Source of the DNA: Eledone cirrhosa
Lineage: Eukaryota
Assembly: GCA_964016885.1 (NCBI GenBank)
Contig: OZ024744.1
Coordinates: 10,416,001-10,480,000 of the forward strand
Length of the DNA stretch: 64,000 nt
Direction: 5' to 3'
Shown here one piece after another: positions 29,501 to 40,700 of the stretch. The notes under the pieces are model-generated. The model had not been told where the DNA came from and made no database searches. It saw only the letters and a list, made by a program, of their open reading frames with translations. Numbering within the stretch: position 1 is the stretch's first letter; every line of letters begins with the position of its first letter. The position numbers and the translations under genes were made by a program.

Positions 29501-32500
29501 ATATTTCGTGTTGTTCTACTCCAATATTTCGTGTTGTTTTACTCCAATACGTCGTGGTGTTGTACTCCAATATGTTTTGATGTTGTACTCCAATATGTCG
29601 TGTTGTTGTACTCCAATATGTTGTGTTGTTGAACTCCAATATGCTGTGTTGTTATACTCCTAAATGTTGTGTTGTTGTACTCCAATATGTTGTGTTGTAC
29701 TCCAATATGTTGTGTTGTTACACTCCACAATGTTGTGTTGTTGTACTCCAAAATGTGATGTTGTTGTACTCCAATATGTCGTATTGTTGTACTCCAATAT
29801 GTTGTGTTGTTATACTCCAATATTTCGTGTTGTTTTACTCCAATATGTCATGTTGTTGTACTCCAATATTTCGTGTTGTTGTACTCCAATATGTCATGGT
29901 GTTGTACTTCAATATGTCGTATTGTTGTACTCCAGTATGTTGTGTTGTTGTTCTCCAATATGTCGTGTTGTTATACTCCAATATGTTATGATGTTGTACT
30001 CCAATATATTGTGTTGTTGTACTCCAATATGTTGTGTTGTTATACTCCAATATGTTGTGTTATTTTACTCCAATATGTTGTGTTGTTGTACTCCAATATG
30101 TTGTGTTGTTGTACTCCAATATGTTGTGTTGTTGTACTCCAATATGTTGTGTTGTTGTAATCCAATATCTTGTGTTGTTGTTCTCCAATATGTTGTGTTG
30201 TTATACTCCAATATGTCGTGTTGTGATACTCCAATATGTTGTGCTGTTGTACTCCAATGTGTTGTTGTTGTACTCCAATATGTTGCGTTGTTGTACTCCA
30301 ATATATCATGTTGTCGTACTCCAATATGTCATGTTATACTCCAATATGTTTTGATGCTGTACTCCAATATGTTGTGTTGTTGTACTACAATATGTTGTGT
30401 TGTTGAACTCCAATATGTTGTTTTTTGTACTCCAATATGTCATGTTGTTGTACTCCAGTATGTCTTGTTATACTCCAATATGTCGTGTTGCTGTACTCCA
30501 ATATGTCATGATGTTGTACTCCAATATGTTTTGCTGTTGTACTCCAATATGTTGTGTTGCTGTACTCCAATATGTTGTGTTGTTGTACTCCAATATGTTG
30601 TGTTGTTGTAATCCAATAACTTGTGTTGTTATACTCCAATATGTTGTGTTGTTATACTCCAATATGTTGTGTTGTGATACTCCAATATGTTGTGCTGTTG
30701 TACTCCAATATGTTGAGTTGTTATACTCCAATATGTAGTGTTGTTATACTCCAATATGTTGTGTTGTTGTACTCCAATCTGTTGTGTTATACTCCAATAT
30801 GTTGTGTTGTTATACTCCAATATGTTGTGTTGTTATACTCCAATATGTTGTGTTGTTTTACTCCAATATGTTGTGTTGTTGTACTCCAATATGTTATATT
30901 GTTGATCTCCAATAAGTTGTGTTCTTGTACTCCAATATATTGTGTTGTTGTACTCCAATATGTTGTGTTTTTGCAATCCAATATTTAATGTTGTTGTACT
31001 CCAATATGTCTTGTTATATTCCAATATGTCGTGTTGTTGTACTCCAATATGTCATGTTGTTGTACTCCAATATTTCTTGTTGTTGTACCCCAATATGTCG
31101 TGTTGATTATACTCCAATTTTTGTTGCTGTTGTACTCCAATATGTTGTGTTGTTGTACTCCAATATGTTGTGTTGTTGTACTCCAATATGTTGTGTTGTT
31201 GTACTCCAATATGTTGTGTTGTTATTCTCCAATATGTTGTGCTGTTGTACTCCAATGTGTTATGTTGTTATACTCCAATATGTTGTGCTGTGATACTCCA
31301 ATATGTTGTGTTGTTGTACTCCAATCTGTTGTGTTGTTATACTCCAATATGTTGTGTTGTTATACTCCAATATGTTATGTTGTTTTACTCCAATATGTTG
31401 TGTTGTTGTACTCCAATATGTTGTGTTGTTGTACTCCAATATGTTGTGTTGTTGTAATCCAATATCTTGTGTTGTTATACTCCAATATGTTGTGTTGTTG
31501 TACTCCAATATGTTGTGTTGTTGTTCTCCAATATGTCGTGTTGTTATACTCCAATATGTTGTGTTATGATACTCCAATATGTTGTGCTGTTGTACTCCAA
31601 TATGTTGTGTTGTTATACTCCAAGATGTAGTGTTGTTATACTCCAATATGTTGTGTTGTTGTACTCCAATATGTTGTGTTGTTATACTCCAATATGTTGT
31701 GTTGTTATACTCCAATATGTAGTGTTGTTATACTCCAATATGTTGTGTTGTTGTACTCCAATCTGTTGTGTTGTTATACTCCAATATGTTGTGTTGTTAT
31801 ACCCCAATATGTTGTGTTGTTTTACTCCAATATGTTGTGTTGCCATACTCCAATATGTTGTGTTGTTGTACTCCAATATGTTGTGCTGCTGTACTCCAAT
31901 ATATTGTGTTATACTCCAATATGTTGTGTTGTTGTACTCCAATATGTTGTGTTGTTGTAATCCAAAATGTTGTGTTGTTATACTCCAATATGTTGTGTTG
32001 TAAAACTCCAATATGTTGTGCTCCAATATGTTGTGTTATACTCCAATGTGTTGTGTTCTTGTACTCCAATATGAAGTGTTGTAATACTCCAATATGTAGT
32101 GCTGTTGTTATACTCCAATATGTTGTGTTATAATCCAATGTGTTGTGTTGTTGTACTCCAATCTGTTGTGTTGTTATACTCCAATCTGTTGTGTTGTTAT
32201 ACTGCAATATGTTGTGTTGTTATACTCCAATATGTTGTGTTGTTATACTCCAAGATGTTGTGCTGTGATACTCTAATATGTTGTGTTGTTTTACTCCAAT
32301 AGGTTGTGTTGTTGTAATCCAATATATTGTGCTGTTATACTCCAATATATTGTGTTGTTGTACTCCAATATGTTGTGTTGTTATACTCCAATATGTTGTG
32401 TTGTGATACTCCAAAGTGTTGTGCTGTTGTACTCCAATATGTTGTGTTGTTTTACTCCAATAGGTTGCGTTGTTGTACTCCAATCTGTTGTGTTGTTATA

Positions 32501-33160
32501 CTCCAAAATGTTATGTTGTTATACTCCAATATGGTGTGTTGTTTTACTCCAATATGTTGTGTTGTTGCAATCCAATATGTTTGTGTTGTTTTACTCCAAT
32601 ATGTTGTGTTGTTATACTCAAATATGTTGTGTTGTTGTACTCCAATATGGTGTGTTGTTGTACTCCAATATGTTGTGTTGTTGTACTCCAATATGTTGTG
32701 TTGTTATACTCCAATATGTTGTGTTGGTGTACTCCAATATGTCGTGCTGTTGAACTCCAAATCTCGTGTTGTTATACTCCAATTTGTTGTGTTGTTATAC
32801 TCCAATATGTTGTGTTGTTGTACTCCAATATGTTGTGTTGTTGTACTCCAATATGTTGTGTTGTTGTACTCCAATATGTTGTGTTGTTGTACTCCAATAT
32901 GTCATGTTATACTCCAATATGTCATGTTGTTTTACTCCAATATGTTGTGTTGTTGCACTCCAATATGTCGTGTTGTTGTACTCCAATATGTTGTGTTGTT
33001 GTACTCCAATATGTTGTGTTGTTATACTCCAATATGCTGTGCTGTTGTACTCCAATATGTTGTGTTGTACTCCAATATGTTGTGTTGTTGTACTCCAATA
33101 TATCATGTTGTCGTACTCCAATATGTCATGTTATACTCCAATATGTCGTTGTTATACTCC
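17900..33160 (+). repeat. ~7.9-8.1 kb tandem duplication nested in the higher-order repeat (about 17900-25090 vs 25810-33160)
   Basis: ORF-track offsets: 17963/25876 (+7913), 20071/27984 (+7913), 21010/29079 (+8069), 22852/30919 (+8067), 23377/31467 (+8090), 24699/32766 (+8067). Boundaries are approximate. Confidence 0.9.
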
Positions 33161-36100
33161 AATATGTTATGATGTTGTACTCCAATATATTGTGTTGTTG
33201 TACTCCAATATGTTGTGTTGTTGTATTCAATACGCTGTGTTGTTGTACTCCAATATGTTGTGTTGTTATACTCCAATATGTATTGTTGTTGTAATCCAAT
33301 ATGTTGTGTTGTTGTACTCCAATATATAGTGTTGTTGTACTCCAATATGTTGTGTTGTTGTACTCCGATATGTTGTGCTGTTGTACTCCAATATGTTGTG
33401 TTATTGTACTCCAATATGTTGTGTTGTTGTACTCCAATACGTTATGTTGTTGTACTGCAATATTTAGTGCTGTTATACTCCAATATGTTATGTTGTTATA
33501 CTCCAAAAAGTTTTGTTGTTTTACTCCAATATGTTGTGTTGTTATACTCCAGTATGTTGTGTTGTTGTACTCCAATATGTTGTGCTGTTGTACTCCAATA
33601 TGTCAGGTTGTTGTACTCCGATATTTCGTGTTGTTCTACTCCAATATTTCGTGTTGTTTTACTCCAATATGTCGTGGTGTTGTACTCCAATATGTTTTGA
33701 TGTTGTACTCCAATATGTCGTGTTGTTGTACTCCAATATGTTGTGTTGTTGAACTCCAATATGCTGTGTTGTTATACTCCTAAATGTTGTGTTGTTGTAC
33801 TCCAATATGTTGTGTTGTACTCCAATATGTTGTGTTGTTACACTCCACAATGTTGTGTTGTTGTACTCCAAAATGTGATGTTGCTGTACTCCAATATGTC
33901 GTATTGTTGTACTCCAATATGTTGTGTTGTTATACTCCAATATTTCGTGTTGTTTTACTCCAATATGTCATGTTGTTGTACTCCAATATTTCGTGTTGTT
34001 GTACTCCAATATGTCATGGTGTTGTACTTCAATATGTCGTATTGTTGTACTCCAGTATGTTGTGTTGTTGTTCTCCAATATGTCGTGTTGTTATACTCCA
34101 ATATGTTATGATGTTGTACTCCAATATATTGTGTTGTTGTACTCCAATATGTTGTGTTGCTGTAGTCCAATATGTTTTGTCGTTGTACTCCAATATGTTG
34201 TGTTGTTATACTCCAATATGTTGTGTTATTTTACTCCAATATGTTGTGTTGTTGTACTCCAATATGTTGTGTTGTTGTAATCCAATATCTTGTGTTGTTA
34301 TACTCCAATATGTTGTGTTGTTGTACTCCAATATGTTGTGTTGTTGTTCTCCAATATGTTGTGTTGTTATACTCCAATATGTTGTGTTGTGATACTCCAA
34401 TATGTTGTGCTGTTGTACTCCAATATGTTGTGTTGTTGTACTGCAATATTTAGTGCTGTTATACTCCAATATGTTGTGTTGTTATACTCCAATATGTTGT
34501 GTTATTTTACTCCAATATGTTGTGTTGTTGTACTCCAATATGTTGTGTTGTTGTACTGCAATATGTTATGTTGTTGTACTCCAATATGTAGTGCTGGTGT
34601 ACTCTAATATGTTGTGTTGGTGTACTCCAATATGTTGTGTTGTTATACTCCAATATGGTGTGTTGTTGTACTCCAATATGTTGTGTTGTTGTTCTCCAAT
34701 ATGTTGTGTTGTTATACTCCAATATGGTGTATTGTTGTACTCCAATATGTTGTATTGTTGTTCTCCAATATGTTATGTTATACTCCAATATGTTGTGTTC
34801 GTGTACTCCAATATTTTGTGATATTGTACGCCAATATGTTGTGTTGTTGTACTCCAATATGTTGTGTTGTTATACTCCAATATGTTGTGTTGTTGTACTC
34901 CAATATGTTGTTGTACTCCAACATGTTGTGTTGTTGTACTCCAATATGTTGTTGTACTCCAACATGTTGTGTTGTTGTACTCCAATATGTAGTGTTGTTG
35001 TAATCCAATATGTTGTGTTGTTGTACTCCAATATATAGTGCTGTTGTACTCCAATATGTTGTGTTGTTGTACTCCAATATGTTGTGCTGTTGTACTCCAA
35101 TATGTTGTGTTGTTATACTCCAATATGTTGTGTTGTTATACTCCAATAAGTTGTGTTGTTTTACTCCAATATGTTGTGTTGTTATACTCCAGTATGTTGT
35201 GTTGTTGTACTCCAATATGTTGTGTTGTTATACTCCAATATGTTGTGTTATATTACTCCAATATGTTGTGTTGTTGTACTCCAATATGTTGTGTTGTTGT
35301 ACTCCAATATGTTGTGTTGTTGTAATCCAATAACTTGTGTTGTTATACTCCAATATGTTGTGTTGTTGTACTCCAATATGTTGTGTTGTTGTTCTCCAAT
35401 ATGTTGTGTTGTTATACTCCAATATGTTGTGTTGTGATATTCCAATATGTTGTGCTGTTGTACTCCAATATTTTGAGTTGTTATACTCCAATATGTAGTG
35501 TTGTTATACGCCAATATGTTGTGTTGTTGTACTCCAATCTGTTGTGTTATACTCCAATATGTTGTGTTGTTATACTCCAATATGTTGTGTTGTTATACTC
35601 CAATATGTTGTGTTGTTTTACTCCAATATGTTGTGCTGTTGAACTCCAATATGTTGTATTGTTGATCTCCAATATGTCATGTTATACTCCAATAAGTTGT
35701 GTTCTTTTACTCCAATATGTTTTGTTGTTGTACTCCAATATGTTGTGTTGTTGTACTCCAATATATCATGTTGTCGTACTCCAATATGTCGTTGTTATAC
35801 TCCAATATGTCATGTTGTTGTACTACAATATGTCGTGTTGTTGTACTCCAATATGTTTTGATGCTGTACTCCAATATGTTGTGTTGTTGTACTCCAATAT
35901 GTTGTGTTGTTATACTCCAATATGTTGTGCTGTTGTACTCCAATATGTCATGTTGTCCTCCGATATTTCGTGTTATTGTACTCCAATATTTCGTGTTGTT
36001 GTACTCCAATATGTTGTGTTTTTGTACTCCAATATGTTTTGATGTTGTACTCCAATATGTTGTGTTGTTGTACTCCAATATGTTGTGTTGTTATACTCCA

Positions 36101-37769
36101 ATATGCTGTGTTGTTATACTCCTATATGTTGTGCTGTTGTACTCCAATATGTTGTGTTGTACTCCAATATGTTGTGTTGTTATACTCCAATATTTCGTGT
36201 TGTTTTACTCCAATATGTCATGTTGTTGTACTCCAATATTTCGTGTTGCTGTACTCCAATATGTCATGGTGTTGTACTTCAATATGTCGTATTGTTGTAC
36301 TCCAATATGTTGTGTTGTTGTTCTCCAATATGTCGTGTTGTTATACTCCAATATGTTATGATGTTGGACTCCAATATATTGTGTTGTTGTACTCCAATAT
36401 GTTGTTTTTGTAATCCAATATGTAATGTTGTTATACTCCAATATGTCTTGTTATAGTCCAATATGTCGTGTTGTTGTACTCCAATATGTCATGTTGTTGT
36501 ACTCCAATATTTCGTGTTGTTGTACCCCAATATGTCGTGTTGATTATACTCCAATTTTTGTTGCTGTTGTACTCCAATATGTTGTGTTGTTGTACTCCAA
36601 TATGTTGTGTTGTTATTCTCCAATATGTTGTGCTGTTGTACTCCAATGTGTTATGTTGTTATACTCCAATATGTTGTGCTGTGATACTCCAATATGTTGT
36701 GTTGTTGTACTCCAATCTGTTGTGTTGTTATACTCCAATATGTTGTGTTGTTATACTCCAATATGTTGTGTTGTTTTACTCCAATATGTTTTGTTGTTGT
36801 ACTCCAATATGTTGTGTTGTTGTACTCCAATATGTTGTGTTGTTGTAATCCAATATCTTGTGTTGTTATACTCCAATATGTTGTGTTGTTGTACTCCAAT
36901 ATGTTGTGTTGTTGTTCTCCAATATGTCGTGTTGTTATACTCCAATATGTTGTGTTATCATACTCCAATATGTTGTGCTGTTGTACTCCAATATGTTGTG
37001 TTGTTGTACTCCAATATGTAGTTTTGTTATACTCCAATATGTTTTGTTGTTGTACTCCAATCTGTTGTGTTGTTATACTCCAATATGTTGTGTTGTTATA
37101 CTCCAATATGTTGTGTTGTTTTACTCCAATATGTTGTGTTGTTGTACTCCAATATGTTGTGTTGTTGTACTCCAATATATCATGTTGTCGTACTCCAATA
37201 TGTCATGTTATACTCCAATATGTCGTTGTTATACTCCAATATGTCATGATGTTGTACTCCAATATGTCGTGTTCTTGTACTCCAATATGTCGTGTTGTCG
37301 TACTCCAATATGTTGTGTTGTTGTACTCCAATATGTTGTGTTGTTGTACTCCAATATGTTGTGTTGTTATACTCCAATATGTTGTGCTGTTGTACTCCAA
37401 TATTTCGTGTTGTTGTACTCCAATACATCGTGTTGTACTCCAATATGTTGTGTTGTTGTTGTACTCCAATATGTTTTGATGTTGTACTCCAATATGTTGT
37501 GTTGTTGTACTCCAATATGTTGTGTAGTCATACTCCAATACGTTGTGTTGTTGTACTCCAATATGATGTGATGTTGTACTCCAATATGATGTGCTGTTGT
37601 ACTCCAATGCGTTGTGTTGTTGTACTCCAATCTGTTGTGTTATACTCCAATATGTTGTGTTGTTATACTCCAATATGTTGTGTTGTTATACTCCAATATG
37701 TTGTGTTGTTGTACTCCAATATGTTGTATTGTTGATCTCCAATAAGTTGTGTTCTTGTACTCCAATATA

Positions 37770-40700
37770 TTGTGTTGTTGTACTCCAATATGTTGTGTTT
37801 TTGTAATCCAATATGTAATGTTGTTGTACTCCAATACATCGTGTTGTACTCCAATATGTTGTGTTGTTGTTGTAATCCAATATCTTGTGTTGTTATACTC
37901 CAATATGTTGTGTTGTTATACTCCAATATGTTGTATTGTTGATCTCCAATAAGTTGTGTTCTTGTACTCCAATATATTGTGTTGTTGTACTCCAATATGT
38001 TGTGTTGTTGTACTCCAATATATCATGTTGTCGTACTCCAATATGTCATGTTATACTCCAATATGTCGTTGTTATACTCCAATATGTCATGATGTTGTAC
38101 TCCAATATGTCGTGTTCTTGTACTCCAATATGTCGTGTTGTCGTACTCCAATATGTTGTGTTGTTGTACTCCAATATGTTGTGTTGTTGTACTCCAATAT
38201 GTTGTGTTGTTATACTCCAATATGTTGTGCTGTTGTACTCCAATATTTCGTGTTGTTGTACTCCAATACATCGTGTTGTACTCCAATATGTTGTGTTGTT
38301 GTTGTAATCCAATATCTTGTGTTGTTATACTCCAATATGTTGTGTTGTTATACTCCAATATGTTGTGTTGTGATACTCCAATATGTTGTGCTGTTGTACT
38401 CCAATATGTTGAGTTGTTATACTCCAATATGTAGTGTTGTTATACTCCAATATGTTGTGTTGTTGTACTCCAATATGTTGTATTGTTGATCTCCAATAAG
38501 TTGTGTTCTTGTACTCCAATATATTGTGTTGTTGTACTCCAATATGTTGTGTTTTTGTAATCCAATATGTAATGTTGTTGTACTCCAATATGTCTTGTTA
38601 TATTCCAATATGTCGTGTTGTTGTACTCCAATATGTCATGTTGTTGTACTCCAATATTTCTTGTTGTTGTACCCCAATATGTCGTGTTGATTATACTCCA
38701 ATTTTTGTTGCTGTTGTACTCCAATATGTTGTGTTGTTGTACTCCAATATGTTGTGTTGTTGTACTCCAATATGTTGTGTTGTTGTACTCCAATATGTTG
38801 TGTTGTTGTACTCCAATATGTTGTGTTGTTATTCTCCAATATGTTGTGCTGTTGTACTCCAATGTGTTATGTTGTTATACTCCAATATGTTGTGCTGTGA
38901 TACTCCAATATGTTGTGTTGTTGTACTCCAATCTGTTGTGTTGTAATACTCCAATATGTTATGTTGTTTTACTCCAATATGTTGTGTTGTTGTACTCCAA
39001 TATGTTGTGTTGTTGTACTCCAATATGTTGTGTTGTTGTAATCCAATATGTTGTGTTGTTATACTCCAATATGTTGTGTTGTTGTTCTCCAATATGTCGT
39101 GTTGTTATACTCCAATATGTTGTGTTATGATACTCCAATATGTTGTGCTGTTGTACTCCAATATGTTGTGTTGTTATACTCCAATATGTAGTGTTGTTAT
39201 ACTCCAATATGTTGTGTTGTTGTACTCCAATCTGTTGTGTTGTTATACTCCAATATGTTGTGTTGTTATACTCCAATATGTAGTGTTGTTATACTCCAAT
39301 ATGTTGTGTTGTTGTACTCCAATCTGTTGTGTTGTTATACACCAATATGTTGTGTTGTTATACTCCAATATGTTGTGTTGTTTTACTCCAATATGTTGTG
39401 TTGCTGTACTCCAATATGTTGTGTTGTTGTACTCCAATATGTTGTGCTGCTGTACTCCAATATATTGTGTTATACTCCAATATGTTGTGTTGTTGTACTC
39501 CAATATGTTGTGTTGTTGTAATCCAAAATGTTGTGTTGTTATACTCCAATATGTTGTGTTGTAATACTCCAATATGTTGTGCTCCAATATGTTGTGTTAT
39601 ACTCCAATGTGTTGTGTTCTTGTACTCCAATATGAAGTGTTGTAATACTCCAATATGTAGTGCTGTTGTTATACTCCAATATGTTGTGTTATAATCCAAT
39701 GTGTTGTGTTGTTGTACTCAAATCTGTTGTGTTGTTATACTCCAATCTGTTGTGTTGTTATACTGCAATATGTTGTGTTGTTATACTCCAATATGTTGTG
39801 TTTTTGTACTCCAATATGTTGTGTTGTTGTACTCCAATATGTTGTGTTGTTGTAATCCAATATCTTGTGCTGTTATACTCCAATATGTTGTGTTGTTGTA
39901 CTCCAATATGTTGTGTTGTTATACTCCAATATGTTGTGTTGTGATACTCCAAAGTGTTGTGCTGTTGTACTCCAATATGTTGTGTTGTTTTACTCCAATA
40001 GGTTGCGTTGTTGTACTCCAATCTGTTGTGTTGTTATACTCCAATATGTTGTGTTGTTATACTCCAATATGGTGTGTTGTTTTACTCCAATATGTTGTGT
40101 TGTTGCAATCCAATATGTTTGTGTTGTTTTACTCCAATATGTTGTGTTGTTATACTCAAATATGTTGTGTTGTTGTACTCCAATATGGTGTGTTGTTGTA
40201 CTCCAATATGTTGTGTTGTTGTACTCCAATATGTTGTGTTGTTATACTCCAATATGTTGTGTTGGTGTACTCCAATATGTTGTGCTGTTGAACTCCAAAT
40301 CTCGTGTTGTTATACTCCAATGTGTTGTGTTGTTATACTCCAATATGTTGTGTTGTTGTACTCCAATATGTTGTGTTGTTGTACTCCAATATGTTGTGTT
40401 GTTGTACTCCAATATGTGATGTTGTTGTACTCCAATATGTCGTGATGTTGTACTCCAATATGTTGTGTTGTTATACTCCAATATTTCGTGTTGTTTTACT
40501 CCAATATGTCATGGTGTTGTACTCCAATATTTCGTGTGGTTGTATTCCAATATGTCATGGTGTTGTACTTCAATATGTCGTATTGTTGTACTCCAATATG
40601 TTGTGTTGTTGTTCTCCAATATGTCGTGTTGTTATACTCCAATATGTTATGATGTTGGACTCCAATATATTGTGTTGTTGTACTCCAATATGTTGTGTTT

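Larger units (their letters stand above)
13610..37630 (+). repeat. Dispersed ~3-kb block pair (about 13610-16700 vs 34720-37630), offset about 21 kb
   Basis: Offsets 13667/34773 (+21106), 14275/35335 (+21060), 15525/36468 (+20943), 15938/36858 (+20920). Shared rare markers are GATATTGTACGCC, CCAACATG and GTCCTCCGAT. Confidence 0.87.
1..37769 (+). repeat. ~37.8-kb higher-order repeat, copy 1 (phase arbitrary, set by the window start)
   Basis: The variant pattern and ORF track recur at fixed offsets: 116..538 = 37885..38307 (+37769), 1164..1772 = 38956..39564 (+37792), 4485..4715 = 42297..42527 (+37812) and 25876..26091 = 63688..63903 (+37812). Confidence 0.97.
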
